Below the pieces are notes generated by a model that ran no database searches, was not told where the DNA came from, and was given only the letters and a program-made list of their open reading frames with translations. Shown here piece after piece: positions 26,766-43,000 of a stretch of 64,000 nucleotides of DNA (position 1 is its first letter; each line of letters begins with the position of its first letter). Source of the stretch: Eledone cirrhosa. Its lineage: Eukaryota. The position numbers and the translations under genes were made by a program. The stretch covers positions 992,001 through 1,056,000 of the forward strand of contig OZ024756.1 of assembly GCA_964016885.1 (NCBI GenBank). The letters are read 5' to 3'.

Positions 26766-27385
26766 TGTCAGGTCACCAGTTGGTGCTACTGGTAACATGT
26801 ATCCCAGTACAACCTGTCCCATGGTCGGGTCGTTGGCGACTAAACTGGCAACCCCACCAAGGTTTCTTGGTGAGGAGGGTGACTTTGGACATCCTGCAGA
26901 ACTAAAAACAAAACCTGTCAAAGGGCAAAGGAGCTCTTAAGAGTCAATGGCCATCTAAAATCACTGGGAGAGATGACCCCTTAGCCTTTGTCAAGGCAGA
27001 ATTCTAGGAGAAGGAAAACTCTGATATAACACCTGCAATCCTGATGGTATCCAATGATGTTGACTTGTTCTTCTTTTTGGTAAATATCATCTTGGTTAAG
27101 AGAGTGGGACTGGCTTTGTGCAGTGCCTTTGCTCACTATAAAAGCTTCACGGCACAGGCATTGCTTTATATCTGGAGATCGCTCTGCACTTGTCGTCACA
27201 TGGTACCATGGGCCCAGCACTATGCCAGCACTGTGTGTCAATAATTGTCACAGGTGTAGTGTTTGTACCAGAGTTTTCAAGTCGCTGGCTGGACTAAAAC
27301 GTCACACTCGTTCAGCGCATCGGTAGGGGTTCTCCTACATGGATATAAAGTAGTGGCCGTACTCGAAAATGAGTTGGCAGCCACC
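26766..27385 (+). mobile_element. Internally deleted RTE-related element, copy 2, with a C2H2 zinc-finger remnant
   Basis: 5' part shared with 23099-23634; 27123-27326 translates DRSA...CSVCTRVFKSLAGLKRHTRSAH, like RTE C-termini. Confidence 0.6.
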
Positions 27386-27403
27386 ATATATATATATATA
27401 TAT

Positions 27404-27494
<91 letters not shown>

Positions 27495-27633
27495 ACACAC
27501 ACATAAACACACACATATATATATATATATATATAGATTTTGAGTTTATGTTGGTTGTATACCAACACCTCAGTATGCAGGTGGAGCACTCGACGAAGTG
27601 CGCAGGTTGGTTTGGTTACTCCGGAGTAATGTA

Positions 27634-28643
27634 AAATAAAGTTAAATAAAAGTCGAATGATTAAAATTTAGCTTCGTTTATTACTGCTATATATATTTCA
27701 GTGATAGCCATCTTTGGCTGTGACCGCTTCAGGCAGTTTGAATTAGTATGGTATAGACAAGTTGAGGTGTATAATATTGTCAATACTCTGATATGCCCAG
27801 TTCCTTGTTGGGTTGTTAATTCACTGAGGAACTGGAGTCATATGAATTCAAACAAACGAATTTCAGTGCCAAAGGTCCTCTTCTCCTCTCATTGGTCAGT
27901 TATTAGAACATTCCTCATTCTAACTGTTGTTATTGTTGGAGTTAGCTTAAAAAATTGATAAAATGGTAGAAGGGACAAGGTGTTAAAGGAACAAAATAAC
28001 AAAAAAAGTGTCAAACTTCCCATTGTTCAGTTCTGAGAGCATTCCTCAGTCAGAAATCTATAGAATTCTTTCTGGGGTTAGGCTCCCTGTAGTGTTTTTG
28101 CTTGCTATTGTTCAGTACATTTGACCTCTACCATTATTTTGATAGTGTTGTTGGTCTTGTGGTCAGCTTATATCTTGCTGCTGCTAACAATTTAGAAGTA
28201 TCCAGTGTGTGTTTTTTCTTCATCCCTCCTGCCACCATCTCTCATAGTGGTGGTGGGGGGTTCTTCCATGGATATGAAGAAATATGAGGCAATAAATGAA
28301 GAAAACAGAACATTTTTATCAATTTTTTAAGCTAACTCCAACAATAACAACAGTTAGAATGAGGAATGTTCTAATAACTGACCAATGAGAGGAGAAGAGG
28401 ACCTTCGACACTGAAATTCGTTTGTTTAAATTCATATGACTCCAGTTCCTCAGTGAAATAACAACCCAACAAGGAACTGGGCATATCAGAGTATTGACAA
28501 TATTATACACCTCAACTTGTCTATACCATACTAATTCAAACTGCCTGAAGAGGTCACAGCCAAAGATGGCTGTCACTGAAATATATATAGCAGTCATAAA
28601 CGAAGCTATATTTTAATCATTTGACTTTTATTTAACTTTATTT
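27634..28643. mobile_element. PLE-type element with inverted pLTRs (27634-27963 and 28314-28643) and a ~350-bp spacer
   Basis: About 330-bp inverted arms, each with a hammerhead near the outer end. Confidence 0.75.
28540..28594 (+). ncRNA. Type-I hammerhead ribozyme (family F); mirror copy 27683-27737 has mutated core CTGAAGC
   Basis: actgc-CTGAAGA-ggtcacagccaaagatggctgtcact-GAAA-TATATA-TA-gcagt. Confidence 0.75.
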
Positions 28644-28693
28644 ATATATATATATATATATAAACACACACACACACATATATATATATATAA

Positions 28694-28724
<31 letters not shown>

Positions 28725-29202
28725 AACACACATATAATATATATATATATAAACACACATATATATATATATATAAACACACACATATATATATATATAA
28801 ACACACATATATATATATATAAACACACATATATATATATATATAAACACACATATATATATATATATATAAACACACATATATATATATATATAAACAC
28901 ACATATATATATATATATAAACACACACACATATATATATATAAACACATATATATATATATATAAACACACACACATATATATATATAAACACACATAT
29001 ATATATATATAAACACACATATATATATATATATAAACACACACATATATATATAAACACACACATATATATATATATAAACACACATATATATATATAT
29101 ATAAACACACATATATATATATATATATAAACACACATATATATATATAAACACATATATATATATATATATAAAAACACATATATATATATATATATAT
29201 AA

Positions 29203-29234
<32 letters not shown>

Positions 29235-29250
29235 ACACACACATATATAT
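28644..29250. repeat. Minisatellite-like (TA)n-AAACACAC array
   Basis: Directly visible. Confidence 0.9.
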
Positions 29251-29347
29251 TATATATATAAATATATCTATATTAGTATGGCACTTACTTAAATGTAAGT
29301 ATGTATGTATACGTACATACATATATGTATACAGACGTACAGTAGCA

Positions 29348-29417
<70 letters not shown>

Positions 29418-29569
29418 GTACACATACATATATGCACGCATCAGTTTAGCGGACGTTATCTATAACGCCGCTTTGTTCGTTTGTTTGTCAACAAACCGAA
29501 CAGCCTGAATTTATGCCATACAGTGTTAAGGCAACCACGTCACCTATTTGTTCAACACTGACACAGGAA

Positions 29570-29610
29570 CGATGTACTAGTTTCAAGCTTGTTAGCTATC
29601 ATCAGCACCG
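29570..29610 (-). ncRNA. 41-nt minimal hammerhead ribozyme (family G)
   Basis: Minus strand: cggtg-CTGATGA-tagctaacaagctt-GAAA-CTAG-TA-catcg. Confidence 0.75.
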
Positions 29611-29848
29611 TTTACCCATCTGCCAGATAGTTGAATGTTCGAAAGTATATACTTTCCTTATGAAAATTAACGGCTGAGCAGCCTAATTTGCATATTGAGT
29701 GAGTTAAATCGGTCAGGCACACCGAAAACGATAAGTTGAAAAAATGAAAACGAAATTTCATTTCTCACTCTTAGTATGGCACTTACTTAAATGTAAGTAT
29801 GTACGTATACGTACATACATATATGTATACAGACGTACAGTAGCATGC

Positions 29849-29881
<33 letters not shown>

Positions 29882-29996
29882 TAATATATATATACATACA
29901 GGTACACATACACACATGACAAACAAACGAACAAAGCGGCGTTATAATAAACGTCCGCTAAACTGATGCGTGCATATATGTATGTGTACCTGTATG

Positions 29997-30032
<36 letters not shown>

Positions 30033-30046
30033 TACTATATATATAT

Positions 30047-30093
<47 letters not shown>

Positions 30094-30240
30094 TGCTACT
30101 GTACGTCTGTATACATATATGTATGTACGTATACATACATACTTACATTTAAGTAAGTGCCATACTAAGAGTGAGAAATGAAATTTCGTTTTCATTTTTT
30201 TTCAACTTATATATATTTATATATATATATATATATATAA

Positions 30241-30297
<57 letters not shown>

Positions 30298-30438
30298 TAT
30301 ATATAAATATATATATATATACATATATAAATATATATATATATACATATATAAATATATATATATAAATATATATATAAATATATATATAAATATATAT
30401 ATATATATAAATATATATATAAATATATATATAAATAT

Positions 30439-30561
<123 letters not shown>

Positions 30562-30699
30562 AATATTTATATATATATAAATATTTATATATATATATAT
30601 ATATATAAATATATATATATAAATATTTATATATATATATATATATAAATATATATATATAAATATTTATATATATATATATAAATATATATATATAAA

Positions 30700-30768
<69 letters not shown>

Positions 30769-30850
30769 TATATAAATATTTATATATATATATATATATA
30801 AATATATATATATAAATATTTATATATATATATAAATATATATATATAAA

Positions 30851-30890
<40 letters not shown>

Positions 30891-30918
30891 TTTATATATA
30901 TATATATATATATATAAA

Positions 30919-30954
<36 letters not shown>

Positions 30955-31073
30955 TATATATATAAATATTTATATAAATATATATATCTAAATATTTATA
31001 TATATATATATATATAAATATATATATATAAATATTTATATATATATATATATATATATATAAATATTTACAT

Positions 31074-31136
<63 letters not shown>

Positions 31137-31159
31137 TATATATAGATAAATATTTATAT

Positions 31160-31190
<31 letters not shown>

Positions 31191-31195
31191 AATAT

Positions 31196-33089
31196 ATATT
31201 GTTATAATTGGGGAGGGTCATATTTGCGTAATATTGCCAGAATTAATAACAGAACATACTCACTGTTTGGTTGTTTTTCGCTTCTCGCTGTCTTTTATAT
31301 CTGCGATCTAACTTACTCGGTCCTCAATGATGCCATTGACTGACCGACGGTCAAAAATAATACAGATACAATATAGACACAAACACATATATATAGTTTA
31401 CATAATTTACATAAATCTTTCGTTGCACATCTGCAACATCGTCAGTGGTGTTATATTCTTTGTTCATCCTGTTGTGTTGTATGTCTACGCCATTTTTTAT
31501 TCAGTCTGTCTATATATTTATTTATTTATTTGCTTGTTTGTTTATCTTATTTTATTTTGTCTTCTTTGCGCATGCGTTTGCGTGTGTGTATAGCCTCCAA
31601 ATACCTGATACTAAAAAACTCAGCAATGTCCAGTAGTGCTAAGTTTAATATTCTGATCGCAGATTTGGTACGAGTGATGAAGAATGTGTCCAGCATGTGC
31701 GACCCAACAGATATGGAAAGACACATCCAACACTTCATCAACCGCATGCAGTTCTCTGGCTACAACCAAAGAGACAGAGTCAGAGTATACGAAGGAGCCA
31801 TGGAAAAGTATAAGACCCTCATAGAACTGGACATGAAAGGAATTTGCCCACTATACAGGAGCAAATCATGGAATAGCTTAGATAGGGCTAGACATAAGAT
31901 AGGGAAGGCCACATCATGGTACGACAACCAGAGATATCTGAGTGTCATGTTTGTGGACGCCACCCCTGGAGGGAAATTAGCTAACCAGTGTAAAAAGGCC
32001 CTGAGAAAGACCCACTTAAAAATAAAGGTGGTAGAAAAGCCAGGAACCACCATAAAATCCCTGATCAGCAAAACCTACCCTTTTAAGAAAACCCACTGTA
32101 CTAATAGGAAATGTATCATATGTAAGGTGAACCCCCGGATAAACTGTAAAACTAGAAACGTAGTCTATAGCATAAGATGTACAGAGGGTACTTGAAGAAA
32201 CATGACAACAACATACATAGGTGAGACAGCTCGTAGCATAGGTGAAAGGATAGACCAACACTGGGGGGAACTAAAAGGACGAAAAAACGGGTCAGTACTA
32301 TACGAACATGCTAGACAACAACATGATGGTAACATAGACAACATAGAAGTTAGAATAATATCTAAACATAGGAATGACCCAGCAGATAGGCAAATCAGAG
32401 AGGCCAGTGAAATAGAAATTAGAAGACCAAAGCTAAACAGAAAGAATGAGTGGAACAACAACAACACCCAAAGAAACAACACTGACCTAAGAGAAGTATA
32501 AATAAGTAAATAAAATAAAATAAAATAAGATAAATAAATACATACACAAGCACAATAACAACAAGCACATAAACACACACAAGTCACCCAGCAAACACAA
32601 CACTATACACACTAGTCACACAGCACACATAACACTATACACACACGCAAACGCATGCGCAAAGAAGACAAAATAAAATAAGATAAACAAACAAGCAAAT
32701 AAATAAATAAATATATAGACAGACTGAATAAAAAATGGCGTAGACATACAATACAACAGGAGGAACAAAGAATATAACACCACTGACGATGTTGCAGATG
32801 TGCAACGAAAGATTTATGTAAATTATGTAAACTATATATATATGTGTTTGTGTCTATATTGTATCTGTATTATTTTTGACCGTCGGTCAGTCAATGCCAA
32901 CATTGAGGACCGATTAAGTTAGATCGCAGATATAAAAGACAGCGAGAAGCGAAAACCAACCAAACAGTGAGTGTGTTCTGTTATTAATTCTGGCAATATT
33001 ACGCAAATATGACCCTCCCCAAGTATAACAATATTTGTTTCGACACACGATTTCATATAAAAATCCTCGCTAAACTAATTCATCGCCGC

Positions 33090-33090
<1 letters not shown>
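31196..33090 (+). mobile_element. 5'-truncated Penelope-like element (Neptune-like) with inverted 5' pLTR (31196-31590 mirrors 32637-33032)
   Basis: RT thumb, Cys linker and GIY-YIG coding region between inverted pLTRs; hammerhead-like core CTGACGA..GAAA at 32783-32816; (TA)n flanks. Confidence 0.9.
31590..32501 (+). pseudogene. PLE RT C-terminus plus GIY-YIG endonuclease, interrupted by an in-frame TGA at 32193-32195
   Basis: ADLVRVMKN..SGY..CTNRKCIIC..NVVYSIRC..YIGETARS..EASEI..PKLN; collinear with ORF 54552-56702. Confidence 0.88.
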
Positions 33091-33157
<67 letters not shown>

Positions 33158-33463
33158 TATATATAAATATGTATATATGTACATATATATATATATAAAT
33201 ATATATATATATAAATATGTATATATGTCTATATATATAAATATATATATATATAAATATGTATATATGTATATATATATAAATATATATATATATAAAT
33301 ATGTATATATATATTTATATATATATATATGTATATATATATTTATATATATAAATATATATAAATATGTATATATTTATATATATATATATAAATATAT
33401 ATAAATATGTATATATATATATATATATAAATATATATATATAAATATATATATATAAATATG

Positions 33464-33503
<40 letters not shown>

Positions 33504-33511
33504 TAAATATG

Positions 33512-33549
<38 letters not shown>

Positions 33550-33557
33550 TAAATATG

Positions 33558-33597
<40 letters not shown>

Positions 33598-33598
33598 A

Positions 33599-33671
<73 letters not shown>

Positions 33672-33713
33672 TGTATATATATATAAATATGTATATATAT
33701 ATATATAAATATG

Positions 33714-33765
<52 letters not shown>

Positions 33766-33766
33766 A

Positions 33767-33889
<123 letters not shown>

Positions 33890-33895
33890 AATATG

Positions 33896-33899
<4 letters not shown>

Positions 33900-33930
<31 letters not shown>

Positions 33931-33961
33931 TTATATATATATATATACATATTTATATATA

Positions 33962-34006
<45 letters not shown>

Positions 34007-34023
34007 TTATATATATATATATT

Positions 34024-34056
<33 letters not shown>

Positions 34057-34075
34057 ATATACATATTTATACATA

Positions 34076-34113
<38 letters not shown>

Positions 34114-35013
34114 TACATATTTATATATATATATATTTATATACATATATATATATATAAATATGTATATATATATATATACTTATATATATATATATAA
34201 ATATGTATATATATATATACATATGTATATATATATAATAAATAAATAACAAAGAACGCTTATAGCATATGCATATCTTTACTTGCTAACATTGTTTCAT
34301 CCGCACTATAAGTGGGACTCATCAGAGCATAAAGGTTAATTACATACCATACAAGCAATAACAAATCCAAGACATTGAAGAATAATAGGTAATAATAGAC
34401 GATAGAGGATAAGAATAAAAATAAAAATAAAAATAAAAGTAAAAATAAAAATAAAAATAAAAATAAAAATAAGGGGTGCTATCAGTCACAGTTGGGCGGG
34501 GTGCTGTCAACATATAGTTACATACAAGCATACACATGGATAAGAGTACAGACAAGAGTAGACACATGGATAAGAGAACAGACAAGAGTAGATAAGATAA
34601 TGGGATTAGGTAAGAGTAGGTAAAAAATAGGTAAAAAATAGGTGAAAAACAGACTTATAATATATATAAAAAGAAATACAAAGAAATACATAACAAACTT
34701 ACATATAAAATATAAAATATAGGGTAAGGAATGAGATAAAATAATATAAAATTAAAAATTAAAAATTATATACATAGAACATAATATAGTATAATCGTAA
34801 AATAAGATAAAATAAGGTAAACTAAAATCAAATAACATAGACTAAATTAAAATAATATAATATAAGATATAATTAAATGTATAATTAAATATAATTAAAC
34901 GTAATTAAATAAAATAAATAAATAAATAAATAAATAAAAATTAAATAAATAAATAAAATTAAAATTTAAATTTAAAAATTTAAAAATTTTAAAATTAAAA
35001 TTAAAATTTAAAT

Positions 35014-35057
<44 letters not shown>

Positions 35058-35482
35058 ATGGAGTCAAGTAAGTAAATAAATAAAATTAGATAACATGAAA
35101 TGAAATAAAATGAAATAAAGTAAATTGAGATAAGATATATATTTTTTTAGAATATATCTCTTGAATATATCAGGGGCCCACGAAGGCACTAAATGTCACA
35201 GTTATGTGTATCACTTGACCAATTTTTTAAAATATATTTCATGAAAACATCAGGGTGACTGTGACACTTAGTGCCTTCGTGGGCCCCTGATGTTTTCATG
35301 AAATATATTTTAAAAAATTGGTCAAGTGATACACATAACTGTGACATTTAGTGCCTTCGTGGGCCCTTGATATATTCAAGAGATATATTCTAAAAAAATA
35401 TATATCTTATCTCAATTTACTTTATTTCATTTTATTTCATTTCATGTTATCTAATTTTATTTATTTACTTACTTGACTCCAT

Positions 35483-35526
<44 letters not shown>

Positions 35527-36412
35527 ATTTAAATTTTAATTTTAATTTTAAAAGTTTAAAATTTTAAAATTTAAATTTAAATTTTATTTATTTATTTAAT
35601 TTTTATTTATTTATTTATTTATTTATTTTATTTAATTACATTTAATTACATTTAATTATACATTTAATTATATCTTATATTATATTATTTTAATTTAGTC
35701 TATGTTATTTGATTTTAGTTTACCTTATTTTATCTTATTTTACGATTATACTATATTATGTTCTATGTATATAATTTTTAATTTTTAATTTTATATTATT
35801 TTATCTCATTCCTTACCCTATATTTTATATTTTATATGTAAGTTTGTTATGTATTTCTTTGTATTTCTTTTTATATATATTATAAGTCTGTTTTTCACCT
35901 ATTTTTTACCTATTTTTTACCTACTCTTACCTAATCCCATTATCTTATCTACTCTTGTCTGTTCTCTTATCCATGTGTCTACTCTTGTCTGTACTCTTAT
36001 CCATGTGTATGCTTGTATGTAACTATATGTTGACAGCACCCCGCCCAACTGTGACTGATAGCACCCCTTATTTTTATTTTTATTTTTATTTTTACTTTTA
36101 TTTTTATTTTTATTTTTATTCTTATCCTCTATCGTCTATTATTACCTATTATTCTTCAATGTCTTGGATTTGTTATTGCTTGTATGGTATGTAATTAACC
36201 TTTATGCTCTGATGAGTCCCACTTATAGTGCGGATGAAACAATGTTAGCAAGTAAAGATATGCATATGCTATAAGCGTTCTTTGTTATTTATTTATTATA
36301 TATATATACATATGTATATATATACATATTTATATATATATATAAGTATATATATATATACATATTTATATATATATATATGTATATAAATATATATATA
36401 TATAAATATGTA

Positions 36413-36452
<40 letters not shown>

Positions 36453-36471
36453 TATGTATAAATATGTATAT

Positions 36472-36502
<31 letters not shown>

Positions 36503-36524
36503 AATATATATATATATAAATATG

Positions 36525-36560
<36 letters not shown>

Positions 36561-36597
36561 AAAATATATATATAAATATGTATATATATATATATAA

Positions 36598-36640
<43 letters not shown>
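33900..36640. mobile_element. Large non-coding palindrome (unique arms about 34240-35255 and 35285-36300) with outward-facing hammerheads
   Basis: About 1 kb near-identical inverted arms; the symmetry extends into flanking TA-rich repeats. Confidence 0.85.
36205..36250 (+). ncRNA. Type-I hammerhead ribozyme (family I); copies at 34284-34329 and 62574-62617 on minus
   Basis: tgct-CTGATGA-gtcccacttatagtgcggat-GAAA-CAATG-TT-agca. Confidence 0.7.
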
Positions 36641-36659
36641 TGTATATATATATATATAA

Positions 36660-36758
<99 letters not shown>

Positions 36759-36850
36759 AATATGTATATATATATATATATAAATATATATATGTATATA
36801 TATATATATATAAATATATATATATATAAATATAAATATATATATATATA

Positions 36851-36919
<69 letters not shown>

Positions 36920-36923
36920 ATAA

Positions 36924-36988
<65 letters not shown>

Positions 36989-37095
36989 TATATATATATA
37001 TATATATATAAATATGTATATATATATATATATAAATATATATATTAATATATATATATATATATATATAAATATGTATATATATATATATAAAT

Positions 37096-37128
<33 letters not shown>

Positions 37129-37157
37129 AATATGTATATATATATATATATATAAAT

Positions 37158-37198
<41 letters not shown>

Positions 37199-37331
37199 AA
37201 TATGTATATATATATATATATATATATAAATATATATATGTATATGTATATATAAATATGTATATATATATATATATATAAATATATATATGTATATGTA
37301 TATATATATATAAATATATATATATATAAAT

Positions 37332-37362
<31 letters not shown>

Positions 37363-37455
37363 AATATATATATATATAAATATATATATAAATATGTATA
37401 TATATATATATAAATATATATATAAATATGTATATATATATATATATATATAAAT

Positions 37456-37502
<47 letters not shown>

Positions 37503-37599
37503 TATATATATATGTATATATATAAATATATATATGTATATGTATAAATATATATAAATATATATAATTATATATAAATATGTATATATATATATAAAT

Positions 37600-37632
<33 letters not shown>

Positions 37633-37742
37633 AATATATATAAATATGTATGTATATATATATATAAATATGTATATATATATATATAAATATATATAAA
37701 TATGTATATATATATATATATATATATAAATATATATATGTG

Positions 37743-37782
<40 letters not shown>

Positions 37783-38147
37783 TGTATATATATAAATATG
37801 TATATATATAAATATGTATATATATATAAATATGTATATATATAAATATGTATATATATAAATATGTATATATATAAATATGTGTATATATAAATATGTG
37901 TATATATATAAATATATATATATATATAAATATATGTATATATATAAATATATGTATATATATAAATATATGTATATATATAAATATATGTATATATATA
38001 AATATATGTATATATATAGATATATGTATATATATAAATATATATATAAATATATATATATAAATATATATATTGAACCTCTTCAAATGAAGTTGATGTT
38101 TATTACGGTATGTCGAATATATTTATCTATAAAACTGTTTATATTGT

Positions 38148-38211
38148 ATTTTGTCTGATGAAGGCATAGCATATTGTTAATATGATATCCCCGAAATATA
38201 TATAATGAAAT
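38148..38211 (+). ncRNA. Type-I hammerhead ribozyme (family J) in a solo pLTR-like island 38073-38340
   Basis: attttgt-CTGATGA-aggcatagcatatt..aatatgatatcccc-GAAA-TATATA-TA-atgaaat. Confidence 0.7.
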
Positions 38212-38449
38212 AAATATGGTTTTATAAATATAGTTTTCCATTTATTTAATATTGTAAATATACTCCAAGTATTTGTCGAGTGCTTTTATATCAGTTATAA
38301 ATATTTACTAGTTGTAACCCAACAATTTTAAATATAACTTTACATATATATATATAAATATATATATATAAATATGTATATATATAAATATATGTATATA
38401 TATAAATTTCTATATATATATAAATATGTTTATATATATATATATGTAA

Positions 38450-39452
38450 AATAAAATATTAAACAAATAATGAACAAACAATTCCTTATATTAAACAAAA
38501 AAAGTTCACTATTTAACGATCGTTTCTAGGGTATATATGTGTTATAATTGGTATGCATATTTAACAGATCTATGTACAAAATTATACAAAATTATACAAA
38601 TTATCAAGATTAAATATACATACCTAACTCATATATACGCCGTCTTCAGAAATAATGAAGTATATTTATTGATAATAACAACAATTCAAAATATCAGTTC
38701 AAAATTGACCAATGAAAACACAAAGGGTTAAAAGCAGTTTGGTGTGTGTATATACATGTAAAAACCTTACACATATTTTACAATAATGTGTGTATAATTT
38801 GTATGTGTATACTAAAAAGATGGATGCAAACACAAAATTTCAAGGTTAATATCTCTGTAAGCTTAATGCGCTGATAAGATACGCAATGATACTTATGGAG
38901 TCAAGCATATAAATATATTTTTTTCATACTCACACATATCAGTATAATCACACATACATGTGCGTATATGCATAAATATACACAAAACCACGAACATACA
39001 AACACACACACTCCCCCACTCACATTTATATATGTGGATATAAAATCATAAGCAAATAGAAATTAAGTCACTCACATAAAACACTAGCACACACATTTTT
39101 CAAGATCAAGATACAGAAATTAGGTGGGAGGGGGGGGGGGGGAGGGGTCAGTATTAGATTGTCAGACCAGACTGCCTAATATAAATGTATCTATAAATTA
39201 AGAAAAATAAAAAAATAAAAACAATAAAATATAATAAATATAATATAATGTACATACACATACAGATATACATAGACATACATACATGTACGCGCACATA
39301 GAGATATCTACACATACATACATACACACATACCTATACAGTCATACACACACATACATTTACACGAACATACACATACACATATAAAAAGATATAAATA
39401 TACACACACACACGCGCAACACATACACACATACACATATATATATATACAC

Positions 39453-39487
<35 letters not shown>

Positions 39488-39584
39488 TAGACTCATATAT
39501 ATATATATATACACATACATATATATATATAAACATATATATCCACACACTCATACCACCATAAATACACATACAAACACCCAC

Positions 39585-39622
<38 letters not shown>

Positions 39623-39831
39623 ACATACACACACGTACACACATATATATATATATATATATACACATACATATATATATATACACACACATAAAAAACA
39701 GACATGCACATATATATACATATATATATATTTCATTACTCTTATATATACACATAGTATATATACATACACAACCTCACTTATACACATATACACATAA
39801 GTTATATTACAATAATAATAAAGAATAATAT

Positions 39832-39864
<33 letters not shown>

Positions 39865-39974
39865 CACATATATATATATATACATACATACATACACATA
39901 CATACATACACATAAATATATACATACATAAATACACACATACGAATAAAGACATATATTCACACATAGACACC

Positions 39975-40006
<32 letters not shown>

Positions 40007-43000
40007 TCTATATATATATATATATACATAAATATATATATATATACATATATACACATACACACACACACACACACACAGACACACATACACACTCACA
40101 TATATATATATATATATGTGTATGTGAGTGTGCGCAAATACACATATATATACACACACACATACATACACACACAAACACATACATATGCATACGTGCA
40201 CACACACACACATATATCACATAGATACGAAGATAAACATATAAGTAGAGAGACATACAAATATATACAGAACCCATATACACATACATACAAACACGCA
40301 TATACATATACATACATATATACACACATATATATTCATATATACAAGCATACACATACATACACATATATACATATACATACACATATACATACCACAC
40401 ATTCACATACACATACATATATAATACATATATATACATATATATACACACATATGTATGTACAATCATATATACACACTCAATCTTACATTCATATTTA
40501 CATGCTCATATATGTATTTTTATATTTAGAAATAAATACCAAAACCTATATAGACACCCACCTACACATATATTCATACATATACGCTTACAAAAACAGA
40601 TGATAATAGTATGGGGGAAAGGGGGGGTTTGGAGAAGGGGATCAAAGTAAATATATGTTTCAAGAAACATATAATATTTTCCGTATCTTAATTCAATGTA
40701 TGTTCTTACATATTTTCAGTGCTAGGAAACACGAAATCCATGCATCTCAAAACAAAAAAGTATACCATTAATCATATGTTAATTAAACCAAAGATAGTTA
40801 ACATATTGATTTCCAAGGTGTAAATTAGTTAGGTTTATAATATTTGAAGCAGAATTATGAAGTCAAACAGTAGTAGATTATTAATTACATTATAACTAAA
40901 TTAAAGTTAATAACGTTATGGTATCAATATTAGGAGATGAATTTAGTAATAGGGAAAAGAAACCCAAATAAAATAAAGTATTACATCGGTAGTAGCATAT
41001 AAATTATATGTTAACTAAATTAAAAATTATATATTTATTTCAATAGTATACGTTAATTAGTATATGTTAATTAGGTATACAATACATAAAGCAGATATTG
41101 TATTTCATCAATATCATAATATAATTATATGCAAATAAAAATCAAAATTAATACGCATACATATACATATACATACACATACACATACATATACATATAC
41201 ACACATATATATATATATATACATATATATACACATATATACATATATACTCACATAAACATACATACAGATACACATACACAACACACACATATACATA
41301 TACATATAGATATACATATCTTTTTCAAAAAATTGCACAGAATATATTAACTAGGTATATATCCAAAACACATCCCATTCTATGATTACATGACATTCTG
41401 CAATTCGTCTGTACAAGGATACTAATTTTAAGCCAATTAAAATTAAAGTTTTAGGTTGATTAAAACTAAAACCAAATAATAAATATATTTCCAAAATGTA
41501 TATTAATTAGGTCTATAATACTAAAAATTCTTACTCCGTCATTGGATACATGATATTATTTTGTTATATTTTATCTGTAAAAGAATTATAATAAAAAAAA
41601 ATTATAATAAAAGGTTAAAATAAATTAAAATTAATCTATAAATTAAATTACTGAGTATATATTAGTAATATTTAAATGTTTTTCAAAATTTATGATTACA
41701 TAATATTTTCTCATCTGTAATAAAATATTAATTAAATTAAATTTATAGGTCAACTAACATTTAAATTAAATTAAATTCTAGAATAATGTTATTAATTAGG
41801 TTTATAATATTTAAATGTTTTTTTTAGTTTATGATTACACGATATAATTAATTCCTGTCTTTTATTTAATAAGATATCCCTAGACTTCATTATTTCAAAT
41901 AGTTCTTGGGAACATAATCTACATTCCTTTCTATTATTTTGATAAGGGGTGGCTCTTTTGAGCACACTCCAGGTCAAATCATATTTTATATTTTTATTTT
42001 TATAACTATTGATTTTTTCTGCTAGAGATGTTGTATTAGCCAGTGCGGCATTTTTAAAGCTATGTTTGTGGGTATTATACCTTGTCTTAAAATTGTTAGA
42101 GGTAGCTCCTATATATGAGCAGATAGAATCTTTAGTTTTAACATTACATTTATAGACTATGTTGTTAACAAGACAATTCCCTTTTAATGGGCAGTTTGTT
42201 TTGTTTCTACAGTTACATCCTTTCGTTAATTCTGTATTTGAGGAGATATTATTGTTAATTTGATGTACTGGTGGTATACTTATGGTTTTCTTACATTTAT
42301 ATGCATTATATGCACTTATATTTTGTTTTATGTTATTTGTTGTAGAGTATGAGAATTTAACTGTAGATCTATTTAAGATTTGATGGTATTTGTGGTTTGG
42401 CGGGAAGTTTTTCTCAAGGATATAAAAAAATTTTTTAGCAATATTATCCTTAACTTGTAAATTAAAAGGAGCATTATACCAAGTAACTCGTCTATTACGG
42501 TTTCTATGTTGTTTATTATTTTTATTATTTTTATATGTTGTATCATGATTTTTACCAGGAGGATTAATGTTAATGATCTCACCACAACTATTTTTAGTTA
42601 TATTTGTAGATTTAGGTGTTTTATCTTTTTTATTAGGAGTTTTATTATTAATATTTATTATAGTTGTATGATGAGTAGTTTTTTGAGGGTTACTATACTT
42701 TATATTAGAAGATTTAGTATTTTGGGGTATACTGTGGGTGGCATTTAGGTGTGTACTTTTCATTTGGTGTTTGTTGGTAATATTATGCTGTATGCTTTCA
42801 GTATTTTTAGTAGAAGGTATATACTCTAATCTATTTTTGTGGCCACTTCTATCTAGAGCTTCATTATAAAAGGTCGCATTTTTATCAAATACATCTTGGT
42901 TAGAAGAAAGGTTAGAAATTCTAAGTGATATATTATATGCAAGGTTTTTAAGGATAGATTTAGGGTGATTAGATTGTGAGTGTATGTAATGTAAGTTTTG

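Noticed and set aside
35285-35312. ctgatgttttcatgaaatatatt at the palindrome centre as a hammerhead
   Set aside because: Core reads CTGATGT and stem I does not pair
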